64,000 bases of DNA from Microcoleus sp. (GTDB taxonomy: Bacteria; Cyanobacteriota; Cyanobacteriia; Cyanobacteriales; Microcoleaceae). Of this stretch, positions 21,611 to 30,422 are shown one piece after another. Where the stretch lies: contig JAYFMW010000017.1 of the NCBI GenBank assembly GCA_042408215.1, positions 160,001 through 224,000 on the forward strand. Direction: 5' to 3'. Each line of letters starts with the position of its first letter. The stretch's first letter is position 1. Made by a program: the position numbers and the translations under genes. The notes beneath the pieces were generated by a model that saw nothing but the letters and a program-made list of their open reading frames with translations, was not told the origin of the DNA and searched no databases.

Positions 21611-22864
21611 ATGTATCTCAAAAATCTTCACCTCCGACAATTTCGCAATTACCTAGACCAAAAGGTATTATTTGACGCTCCCAAAACTATTTTGGTGGGA
21701 AATAATGCTCAAGGAAAGTCGAATTTGTTAGAAGCGGTAGAATTGCTTTCGACATTAAAAAGTCACAGAGCAGCGCGCGATCGCGATTTAATTCTCGACT
21801 CAAAACCGATCGGGCAAATAGATGCAACACTCTTAAGCCAAACCGGCTCTATTGACTTAGCTTTAACTCTGCGCTCTCAGGGGCGTCGCACCCTAAATCT
21901 CAACGGCGAACCTCTGCGCCGTCATTTAGACTTTTTGAGCGTCTTAAATGTCGTGCAATTTTCTTGTTTGGATTTGGACTTAGTGCGCGGAGGTCCAGAA
22001 GGAAGGCGCAATTGGATCGATCGCCTGGTCATCCAATTAGAACCAATTTACGCTCATATTTTGCAGCAGTATAACCAAATTTTGCGCCAGCGAAATGCCC
22101 TTTTGAAACATTCTAAAGAAATCAGGAAAGGGGAATTTTCCGAAAATCTTGACAAAATGCGGTCTATGGAATACGAAAATCCCGAACCAGAAAATAGAGC
22201 AGAATTCCCCATGCCCCATGCCCCATGCCCCATGCCCCATTCCCCATTCCCCATGCCCCATTCAGAATTAGCTTTGTGGGATGCACAGTTAGCCACAGCG
22301 GGTGCTCGCGTGATTCGGAGGCGCGATCGAATTTTGGAGCGATTGATGCCTTTAGCTCGAAATTGGCATTCTTCAATTAGCAGTTCTACAGAAGTTTTGG
22401 ACGTGAAATACGCTGCTAATATTGAAGTAGGGGATAAATTAATCGCTAAAGACAATCTCGAAGGAGTGCGGCAAGCATTTTTAGAGAAAATTCAACAAAG
22501 GGCGATCGCCGAACAGTTTCAAGGCACCACTTTAGTCGGCCCTCACCGCGACGATATTATTTTTACAATTAACAGTACACCAGCCCGCCAATACGCCTCT
22601 CAAGGCCAGCAGCGAACATTAGTATTAGCATTAAAATTAGCCGAATTACAGCTCATTGAAGAAGTCGTCGGCGAACCGCCCTTGCTGTTGCTCGACGATG
22701 TACTAGCAGAACTCGATCTCAACCGCCAAAATCAACTTTTAGAAACCATTAAAGAACGATTTCAAACTCTGATTACTACTACCCACTTAGGCGCTTTTGA
22801 TCCTCAGTGGCTGCGAGAAACCCAAATTATCTCCGTCGTGGCCGGCCAAATCAATCAATTTTAG
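21611..22864 (+). CDS. recF: DNA replication/repair protein RecF, with in-frame heptamer insertion
   Basis: MYLKNLHLRQFRNY, GNNAQGKSN, GPHRDD, SQGQQR and LLLDDVLAELD motifs. Confidence 0.95.
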   Translation: MYLKNLHLRQFRNYLDQKVLFDAPKTILVGNNAQGKSNLLEAVELLSTLKSHRAARDRDLILDSKPIGQIDATLLSQTGSIDLALTLRSQGRRTLNLNGEPLRRHLDFLSVLNVVQFSCLDLDLVRGGPEGRRNWIDRLVIQLEPIYAHILQQYNQILRQRNALLKHSKEIRKGEFSENLDKMRSMEYENPEPENRAEFPMPHAPCPMPHSPFPMPHSELALWDAQLATAGARVIRRRDRILERLMPLARNWHSSISSSTEVLDVKYAANIEVGDKLIAKDNLEGVRQAFLEKIQQRAIAEQFQGTTLVGPHRDDIIFTINSTPARQYASQGQQRTLVLALKLAELQLIEEVVGEPPLLLLDDVLAELDLNRQNQLLETIKERFQTLITTTHLGAFDPQWLRETQIISVVAGQINQF

Positions 22865-22997
22865 ATTTTAAATTTGAGATTTGAGATTGACAAATCATAG
22901 GTTTCATCAAAGGAACACGGGATGCGGGAAACTCAGACACGAAGAGTGCTGAGAGGGAAGCGGCGCGAGGGACTTCAGTCCCCTTGTCTTTTCTTTC

Positions 22998-23405
22998 TTA
23001 ATTGGCCGAATGATGCGGGTCTTCTATATATTTTTTCACCACTTCACTACTAATATTACCCGCCGCGATCACAAAATAGCTGCTTGTCCACAAAGAGGGA
23101 AGCTTTTTTAGTTGTGGAAATTCAGATCTTAAATGATGACTGGAGCGACCCTTGAACAACTTAATCACTAGCGCTGGGGTATCTGTTGGCTTAACGGCTA
23201 CAAACAAATGTACATGGTCTGGGGCTACTTCTCAAGCCTGGATGTCCCAACCTTTTTCAATTGATAGTTCTAAAAATATTTGGCGAGTTCTAGTCGCCAC
23301 GTCACCCACTAAAACTTTCTTGCGACGCTTGGGGATAAAGACAAAGTGGTAGTTAAGCAAGAATTTGACGTGGTTATGCGTTTTATATTCGGCTAATGGC
23401 AACAT
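22998..23405 (-). pseudogene. tnpA: IS200/IS605 Y1 transposase TnpA with in-frame TGA at 23232-23234
   Basis: NYHFVFIPKRRK...WDIQA*EVAPDHVHLF...LWTSSYF...KKYIE. The HUH motif and catalytic Tyr lie downstream of the stop; both ORF pieces are in one frame. Confidence 0.9.
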
Positions 23406-23486
23406 AAATATTCTGTTGATATAGGTTGACTTATCCACTCTAGTCGCCTAGACTTGACAAATCAACCAGTCTTTAGGAAAATAGAG

Positions 23487-24815
23487 GTGACTAAAACCCA
23501 AAAAGCCATGGGAGTTCAGCAAGTATTGCTGTCGCCCAATCAGGAGCTTCAAGCATTGTTAGAGTATCTCTGTCAGCAATCTGGCAAGCTTTACAATAGT
23601 GGCGTTTACTTGGCTCGTCAAACTTTTTTCAATACAGGAAAACTGTTGGCTGGAAAGTTTGACTTATCTTTTGAATCGTCAGTTGCGAAGTCAATGGTTG
23701 CTAAGTCGTTGCCATCAACACCAATGCAACAAACATTGATGTCAGTCACGGAAGCCTTCAAATCTTTTAAAGAATTAAGAGATTTGCACATCAAAGGTCA
23801 ATTGCACTTTAAGCCCAAGCCACCAGGATATCTTACGGGCGCTAAGTTGTTCAAAGTAGCTTATCCTAATTCTGGAGGTTTACAGCCTAAACTTGTTGGC
23901 AATCAGTTAAGGTTTTCCTTGGGGTTAACGGTGAAGCGATGGTTTGGAGTCTCTGAATTCTTTCTACCTATGCCATCAAATCTGAATTTTTCAAAAGTTA
24001 AAGAGTTTACAATCCTCCCTAAGAATGGCGCTTTTTATCTGGAAACGTCCTATGAGGTTGAAAAAGAACAACATAATTTGGACATCAATCAAGCATTGTC
24101 AATCGACCTGGGGACTGCTGACAATTTAGCAGCTTGTGTCGATACACTGGGAAATTCCTTCCTGATTGATGCTCGCGCCATGAAAGCGATGAATCAACTG
24201 TGGAACAAAAAAGTAGCAACTAGAAAAGAAGGAAAGCCCGAAGGCTATTGGGACAATTGGTTAGACCGCGTAACTCGCAAACGTAATCACCAAATGCGTG
24301 ATGGTATCAATAAGGCTGCGAAGTTGATTGTCAGTCATTGCTTGAAATACAGCGTTGGGAACATTGTTTGCGGTTGGAATCAAGGTTTTAAATCTCATGT
24401 CAATATGGGCAAAAAGAACAATCAAAAGTTTGTTCAGATGCCTTTAGGAAAGCTTAGAGACAGATTAAACCAACTGTGCGATTTACACGGTATTAAATTT
24501 ACAGAAACTGAAGAAGCGTATACGTCTAAAGCCAGTTTTCTTGATGGAGACTCCCTGCCCAAGTATGGTGAAAAACCGGAAGGGTGGAAAGCATCTGGAA
24601 AACGGATTAAGCGTGGATTGTATCAGTCCGCTGATGGAGTTGTGGTGAATGCAGACTTAAATGGTTCTGCCAACATTCTCAGAAAAGTAGTCAGTAAGTT
24701 AGGTGCAAACCTTGACCGACTGAATAGACGGGTTTTGACGACCGTAGCGAGAGTTAGACTTTGGGTATTACCTAAATCTACTCTGTCTGCAGAATCTCAG
24801 TGGCTTCAGCCCTGA
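23487..24815 (+). CDS. tnpB: RNA-guided endonuclease TnpB (rearranged-RuvC type)
   Basis: SIDLG, IVCGWN, TEEAYTSK and NADLNG motifs. Start uncertain (GTG 23487 or ATG 23508). Confidence 0.9.
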   Translation: MTKTQKAMGVQQVLLSPNQELQALLEYLCQQSGKLYNSGVYLARQTFFNTGKLLAGKFDLSFESSVAKSMVAKSLPSTPMQQTLMSVTEAFKSFKELRDLHIKGQLHFKPKPPGYLTGAKLFKVAYPNSGGLQPKLVGNQLRFSLGLTVKRWFGVSEFFLPMPSNLNFSKVKEFTILPKNGAFYLETSYEVEKEQHNLDINQALSIDLGTADNLAACVDTLGNSFLIDARAMKAMNQLWNKKVATRKEGKPEGYWDNWLDRVTRKRNHQMRDGINKAAKLIVSHCLKYSVGNIVCGWNQGFKSHVNMGKKNNQKFVQMPLGKLRDRLNQLCDLHGIKFTETEEAYTSKASFLDGDSLPKYGEKPEGWKASGKRIKRGLYQSADGVVVNADLNGSANILRKVVSKLGANLDRLNRRVLTTVARVRLWVLPKSTLSAESQWLQP

Positions 24816-24855
24816 GAGTGTCAAGGTAAAAGAACATTTTTTTTGAGAAATTGAC

Positions 24856-24910
24856 CGAAAGCATCCAGGGTACAAAGCCCCGGATCTATCTGTGGGGTCG
24901 CTTTCTTCAA
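24856..24910 (+). mobile_element. About 55-bp IS200/605-derived single-hairpin mini-element (PATE-like)
   Basis: Preceded by TTGAC, contains CCCC(G)GATCTATCTGTGGGG hairpin and ends TTCAA. Confidence 0.4.
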
Positions 24911-24941
24911 TTCTTCAATCTCAAATCTCCAATCAATTGAC

Positions 24942-25144
24942 CAAAAAACTGGGATACAAGCCCCGTCCTAGAAGGACGGCTTTTTGCTAGAATACAGATA
25001 GTCGCCTCGCGGGCATTGGGAGACTCTAAACGGACGTGGAGCGACGGTAAGACGTACGGACACGGCACTGCCGTGTCCCTGCGGAGCGCGTTGCTATGAA
25101 GCGTCAAGGAATCCTCGGACTTGATAGACGGGGAGGTATGTCAA
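24942..25144 (+). mobile_element. Non-autonomous IS605 mini-element with TnpB-omegaRNA-like scaffold (family A, copy 1)
   Basis: TTGAC|CAAAAAACTGGG left end resembles the left ends of the TnpB elements ending at 30125 and 39037; ends GGGGAGGTATGTCAA; near-identical copy at 44142-44325. Confidence 0.85.
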
Positions 25145-25217
25145 ATTGTTAGCCCAATTCGAGATAGGATAAAGGTCAATTTTGATTGCGGATTTCCATT
25201 CCATTTCTCAAAACATT

Positions 25218-25470
25218 GTCAGTAACTCAGCCCTAAAGGGACTAAGCTTGTAAGAGCAATCAAGCAAGCTGTATTGACCAGCCTAAAGTCTTAACTGACT
25301 ACGTTATTCGAGTCACGACACCCCGGAATGCGAAGCTAGTTCCTTGCTCTGTCATCTGCAATTAAACAGTCTTAAAGTCACGCTCGACAGTGTTGCAGGT
25401 CTAAAAAGCTCAAATAACATTGTCCTGAACCTTGTGAAGGATCGCATTACCCAGCAATGGGTTTGGAGAC
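25218..25470 (+). ncRNA. HEARO / IscB omegaRNA-like scaffold with no IscB ORF
   Basis: Blocks GTCAGTAAC..CCCTAAAGGG..GCTTG, TTGACCAGCCT, CTACGTTAT..GACACC, GCTAGTTCC..GCTCTG, ATTAAACAG..CAGTG and AACATTGTC..ATTACC match the HEARO layout as I recall it. 3' boundary approximate. Confidence 0.8.
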
Positions 25471-25601
25471 AACCATATCTCCCTAGAGGGGCAACCATAC
25501 CCCTCTACCCCGCAAGGGGATTCACTCTTGACTGAAGTCCCCGAACCGCTTCCCTCTCAGGTCTAAAGACGCTGAGTTTCCCGCATCCCGAACTTTTTTT
25601 T
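25218..25601 (-). mobile_element. Non-autonomous IscB-type IS200/605 element (omegaRNA plus end shared with the 22908 element)
   Basis: 25530-25590 is the reverse complement of 22918-22981 except in the hairpin loops; the element abuts ATGAA of psb27. Confidence 0.75.
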
Positions 25602-26000
25602 ATGAAGCATTACCTTTCCCGTCTGCTAGCCCTGGTATTAGTTGTGGTCATCGGCGTAGCGGGCTGTACCAATGTTCCAAGCACTCTGAGTGGAGATTAT
25701 CGCCAAGACACATTAGGATTAGTGAACAGCTTGAGAACTGCGATCGCCCTACCAGATGGCGCACCGGAAAAAGCAGCCGCTCAAGCAGATGCACGCAAAC
25801 AAATTAATGATTTTGCCGCTGCTTACCGTCGCGATCCCGCCCTGACAAAGCTTTCATCTTTCACAACAATGCGAACGGCATTAAACTCTTTGGCAGGACA
25901 TTACAGTTCCTATCCAAATCGTCCCGTTCCTGAGAAGTTGAAAAAGCGTCTTGAGTCAGAATTTCAGCAAGTAGAATCTGCTCTGAACCGAGGCTCTTGA
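25602..26000 (+). CDS. psb27: Photosystem II assembly lipoprotein Psb27
   Basis: Lipobox VAGC; SFTTMRTALNSLAGHYSSYPNRP motif. Confidence 0.95.
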   Translation: MKHYLSRLLALVLVVVIGVAGCTNVPSTLSGDYRQDTLGLVNSLRTAIALPDGAPEKAAAQADARKQINDFAAAYRRDPALTKLSSFTTMRTALNSLAGHYSSYPNRPVPEKLKKRLESEFQQVESALNRGS

Positions 26001-26199
26001 GTTAAAAGTTTTGAGGTGTAGGGCCATCCTCCCGTGGTTGGCAGTTTTGAGTTTTAAGTTATGATTCCCATACTTAAAAGCATCAAAAATTCCAACTCAC
26101 AAAGTCAATATTTAAAGACGAAGGATAAATTTTATGAATTTATCCTTCATCCTTTAAATTTGAGTCAAAACAATTTTAATCTGAAATATCAACTGCTTT

Positions 26200-26228
26200 G
26201 AGCGCCCACTGTAGCAGGGCGTTTTTTC
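26200..26228 (+). terminator. Putative intrinsic terminator downstream of psb27
   Basis: GAGCGCCC-loop-GGGCGTT followed by a T run. Confidence 0.5.
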
Positions 26229-26537
26229 TGTTATAGCGGTTTTATGAATGAAGTGAGGTACAGGAGGCAATTGGCAATTCACTTCTATGAAAAGGAAACA
26301 TCTATGCCCTATGCCCTATGCCCTATGCCCTATGCCCATGAGCACCTCCAGAAACCTGAGAAAGGCTATAGATTTTTCTCAGCTCGTGGCAATTCATAAA
26401 TTGTCACGCTCCAGAATTTGCATTCTGCGATCGACTTGTGCCATAAATAGATAAACAAAAAAACAAGCAAGTTTGTAGCTGTGCAAAACTGCGCGATCGA
26501 TCCCAAATTTTTCCTAGCAAACCACATTAAATTACCC

Positions 26538-28193
26538 ATGAAAATTGCACAAACTCGCATCGCGATTTCTCAAAACCAGCGACGCTTTTTAAGTGCGGTA
26601 AGTGCTGTTTTAACCAGTAGCTTTGTCAGCCAGCTTATCTGGCCATTTATCGAAAATCAACCTGCTTTTGCCCAAAGATCAGCCTATTGTCAATTAGCCA
26701 AAGAGCAAGTAAATCAAAAAGAAGACTTGCGCCGCGCCGCACTCTCAGGAAAACCCGAATCTCAGCAAGCATATTTTGCTGTTTTGAACAAACACGCCCG
26801 GGAAATAGCAGAATGCCGCCAAAAAACTTGGCCGCAAACTCAAGCAGTCTGGCTGCGTCTGTATCCCTGCGATGTCAGAGCCGGAGAACTCGATCGAGTA
26901 TTAGACAAAGTTGTGAATAAAGGCTACAACCAAGTCTATATAGAAACATTTTATGACGGTCAAGTGCTGCTACCAGTCGCAGACAATCCTACGCCTTGGC
27001 CTTCTGTAGTGAGAAATCCCGGCTACGAGAAATACGATTTGCTAGAAAAGGCGATCGCCAAGGGAAAGCAACGAGGTTTAAAAGTTTACGCCTGGTTATT
27101 TACCATGAACTTTGGCTATACCTATTCTCAGCGTGAAGACAGACAGCAAGCCCTCGCAAAAAACGGTCAAAATCAGACAAGTTTAACAGTAGTTGAAGAC
27201 GGAGTAATCAACGATGAATTCGGAGAAGTTCCGGGAAATCAAGCCTTTATCGATCCCTACAGTACCCAAGGGCGGCAAGACTATTCCTTGTTGGTAAATC
27301 AAGTGCTAAAACGCCGGCCACAAGGAATGTTATTTGACTACATTCGCTATCTGCGAGGCGTCGGCGCAGCTTCAGTTTCTACCAAAGTTCAAGACTTGTG
27401 GATTTACGGTTCAGCATCGCAGCAAGCTCTTTTGCAGCGGGCTAGCAATCAACAAGGGCGAGATTTAATCCAGCGATATTTGACGAAAGGATTTGTTAAT
27501 ACTAACGACGTTCAAGCCGTAGTAAAACAGTATCCGACTGAGCAAGAACCTCTTTGGCAAGGGCGAACTCCGCGGCCGATACTGGTAGCAACTCCCGTTT
27601 TAATAAGGCAGAATTCTACAGCAACTACAGCTTCAAAAAAACCCGCTACTGGCCGGCCAAATGTTCCGACACCAACACCCACACCAACACCCACACCAAC
27701 ACCGAAGCTTCCTGACACTGGTACTCTGCAAAAAGACCTTTGGCAACTGAGTGTTGCTCACGCAGTTCAAGGAATTTTGGAATTTTTTGGAATGGCAATT
27801 CAACCCGCTCAAAGAATGGGAATGCCTGTAGGAGCGGTATTTTTTCCGAATGGGAATCAAACCATAAATCAAGGGGGATTTGATTCGAGATTGCAGCCTT
27901 GGGACAGATTTCCGGCTGCTGTGGAATTTCACGCCATGTCTTACGGAAATTGCGGGGATGTAAGCTGTATTGTGCCGCAAGTGCAGCGGACGCTGAGTTT
28001 AGCACCTCCGGGAGCAAAAATCATTCCGGCGATCGCGGGTGATTGGGGAAAACCGCTAAAAAATCGGCCATCTTTGGAAGTTCAAATGCGGGCAATTCGC
28101 TCTGCTACGCCACAAATTAATGCAGTGAGTCATTTTTCTTTCGGGTGGCAAGAACCCGAGGATGAAAGGGCGCGACAAAGTTGTCGGTGGTAG
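26538..28193 (+). CDS. Family-10 glycosyl hydrolase-like (GHL10/DUF187) exported protein
   Basis: QAVWLRLYPCD, GLKVYAW and LFDYIRY motifs; Pro/Thr linker; signal-like N-terminus. Confidence 0.75.
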   Translation: MKIAQTRIAISQNQRRFLSAVSAVLTSSFVSQLIWPFIENQPAFAQRSAYCQLAKEQVNQKEDLRRAALSGKPESQQAYFAVLNKHAREIAECRQKTWPQTQAVWLRLYPCDVRAGELDRVLDKVVNKGYNQVYIETFYDGQVLLPVADNPTPWPSVVRNPGYEKYDLLEKAIAKGKQRGLKVYAWLFTMNFGYTYSQREDRQQALAKNGQNQTSLTVVEDGVINDEFGEVPGNQAFIDPYSTQGRQDYSLLVNQVLKRRPQGMLFDYIRYLRGVGAASVSTKVQDLWIYGSASQQALLQRASNQQGRDLIQRYLTKGFVNTNDVQAVVKQYPTEQEPLWQGRTPRPILVATPVLIRQNSTATTASKKPATGRPNVPTPTPTPTPTPTPKLPDTGTLQKDLWQLSVAHAVQGILEFFGMAIQPAQRMGMPVGAVFFPNGNQTINQGGFDSRLQPWDRFPAAVEFHAMSYGNCGDVSCIVPQVQRTLSLAPPGAKIIPAIAGDWGKPLKNRPSLEVQMRAIRSATPQINAVSHFSFGWQEPEDERARQSCRW

Positions 28194-28835
28194 GGGGAAT
28201 GATCTCAAATCCGGGTTCATTATCGGCTCGATCGGCGGTTGAAACCGCGACTACACAAACGAAGTCTGCCTCCGCAGACTAAGAGATCAAGGGGTATCTA
28301 ACTGTTGGATAAACTCTTGATGTGCATCACTATTTAATCCGGTTTGAAGGGTGGCGATCGCACTTGACATATCCCCCTCCAACAGTGCCGAAACAGCCAG
28401 CCACAGCCCCGGAAAAACTCGGCTGCGGATAATTCCTGCTGCATCGGGGACAAGAGAAATATATTCTTCTTCCTGCAAGGAAAACCAATCGAGCCGGCGA
28501 TCCATGACTTGCCAAACCAGATATTCTTTCAGCTTGCTGCGACGGTAAACACGCTTTTTGTCCCGTAGGTCGATCGTAGCCGTACTAGCAGCAATTTCGG
28601 CAACAAATTCCGGTGCACCTTCGATGTAGCCATCATCACTAAGGTGAGTTTGGCCACCATATCGGGAATCAATCAGCAATACAGCATCCGGTTGAGGTTC
28701 GTTATCCACATCGAGACGCACGGTGGGATTATCGCCTATGCGAGTATGCGGGGTAAAAGCAGCATAAAAGCCAAGACAAGTCATCAGGCGAGCATGGGGT
28801 TCAGCGTGGGGTTCAAAGCGTAAGGGTGAAGCCAT

Positions 28836-30125
28836 TTGACACTCCCCGCCCTAAAGGGCTAGGATTCTTCGCTCACAGGGAGAAGCCTTGTAAAAGCAGT
28901 GCCTTTACTTGGTCTTACTCTCCCTCCCGAAGCAGTAGCGGTATGCCCTACCGCCAAAATTCGTAAACCTTCATCTCGAATATTCTTGGCGGCATTGATG
29001 TCTCTGTCGTGGCTTTCTCCACACTTAGCACATTGCCAGTTACGAATATCTAAACTCAAACTATTTACACGATTTAAGCAGTTATTACAAGTCTTAGAAC
29101 TGGGATAGAATCTATCTACTTCGATGTAGGTTTTTCCTTCCCACTCAGACTTATATTTTAACATGGTACAAAATTGACCCCATCCAGCATCACTAATTGA
29201 TTTTGCTAATTTGTGGCTTTTAACCATGTTTCTAACTGCTAAATTCTCTACAACGATGACTTGGTTTGCGTCAACTAATTTACGACTTAGTTTGTGTAGA
29301 AAATCTTCGCGACATCGGACGATCTTAGCGTGAACCTTAGCAACCTTAACCCTAGCCTTATTGAGGTTATTAGACCCTTTCAGCTTACGGCTTAATTGCT
29401 TTTGTCTTCTGGCTAATTTCTTCTCATATTTTCTGTAATATTTAGGATTCCCATGTTTAGTACCATCTGAGGTAATAGCGTAATGGGTTAAACCAACGTC
29501 TATGCCAATCGCTTTTCCTTTTGATGATTTTTCAGGTAAATCTTTACCGTCATCATAGAGACAAGCCGCAAAATATTCTCCCGATGGATTAACAGAAACC
29601 GTAACAGATTTTAAAGTTCCTTCTGGTTGTCTTGAGACTTTACAATACACCTCACCAATTTTAGGTATGATCAAGGTATTGTCTTTAAATTTAAAACCTT
29701 GGGGAAATCTAATAGACTGCCGATTCTGTTTCTTCTTAAAGTTAGGATACTTAGCCCTACCTTCAAAGAAATTAAGGAAAGCACTAGAAAGATTTAAAGC
29801 CGCTTGCTGTAACACTTGTGACGGTGCTTCTGTCAGCCACTCATATTCTTTCTTCAGGGAAGGTAGCAGATTGATTATTTCATTTCTACTCAAACCTTTT
29901 CCCGTTTGCTCATAGGTTTCAGACGTTAGATTGAGAGCGTAATTGTAAAACCATCTGGCACAGCCAAACGACTTGGCGAGCAAAATTGCTTGCTCACTTG
30001 TCGGATAGATTCTGTACTTGAACGCTTTCAACATCTTACTTGCCAATCTATTGACACTATGGTAACACAGAAAAACCTAAATGCAAAGCCGTCGTGAACG
30101 ACGGGGTTTTAAACCCAGTTTTCTG
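28836..30125 (-). mobile_element. IS1341-like element (tnpB only), preceded by TTGAT
   Basis: Left end TTGAT|CAGAAAACTGGG..CCGTCG-TTCA-CGACGG; right end AGAATCC...GGGGAGTGTCAA; no TSD. Confidence 0.92.
28859..30034 (-). CDS. tnpB: RNA-guided endonuclease TnpB
   Basis: KAFKYRIYP, GIDVG, VVENL, CxxC/CxxC and DRDINAA; full D-E-D triad. Confidence 0.95.
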   Translation of the reverse strand: MLKAFKYRIYPTSEQAILLAKSFGCARWFYNYALNLTSETYEQTGKGLSRNEIINLLPSLKKEYEWLTEAPSQVLQQAALNLSSAFLNFFEGRAKYPNFKKKQNRQSIRFPQGFKFKDNTLIIPKIGEVYCKVSRQPEGTLKSVTVSVNPSGEYFAACLYDDGKDLPEKSSKGKAIGIDVGLTHYAITSDGTKHGNPKYYRKYEKKLARRQKQLSRKLKGSNNLNKARVKVAKVHAKIVRCREDFLHKLSRKLVDANQVIVVENLAVRNMVKSHKLAKSISDAGWGQFCTMLKYKSEWEGKTYIEVDRFYPSSKTCNNCLNRVNSLSLDIRNWQCAKCGESHDRDINAAKNIRDEGLRILAVGHTATASGGRVRPSKGTAFTRLLPVSEES

Positions 30126-30422
30126 ATCAACAATTCCTTCAATCAATTCTGCTTTTTTGAGTTTTGGCATGGCTGTATAGCGCCGCTCGAATTCGCCACG
30201 GCTGAGCAAGTCGCCATTTTCTAAAGGGGGGATACTGATGTTGCTGAGATTGGTTGGAGCGATCGTGGCTTTTCTCCTGTTGTGATGCGTCGGTATCTTG
30301 GATTTTAGCTAATTTTAGGCAAATTTGTACGATCGTCTTTTAAAATGTTCTTATTTGCTACAATAGTCATATCAAGTTTATTTAAAAATACTGGATAAAA
30401 GTTAACACAAAGGAGTATTTAT

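Larger units (their letters stand above)
22908..24824 (+). mobile_element. IS605-group element (divergent tnpA pseudogene + tnpB), preceded by TTCAT
   Basis: Left-end hairpin CTCAG..CTGAG at about 22932-22955; right end AATCTCAGTGGCTTCAGCCCTGAGAGTGTCAA; no TSD seen. Confidence 0.88.
28287..30266 (-). pseudogene. Uma2 family endonuclease split by an IS605 insertion (5' part 30126-30266, 3' part 28287-28835)
   Basis: Removing 28836-30125 restores in-frame [19 protein letters not shown]...[19 protein letters not shown] sits where ATG is expected after AGGAGA. Confidence 0.88.

Noticed and set aside
22908..25601. Composite transposon bounded by ~60-bp inverted repeats
   Set aside because: The repeats are left ends of two separate IS200/605-type elements, each with its own right end; this family does not transpose via terminal inverted repeats.
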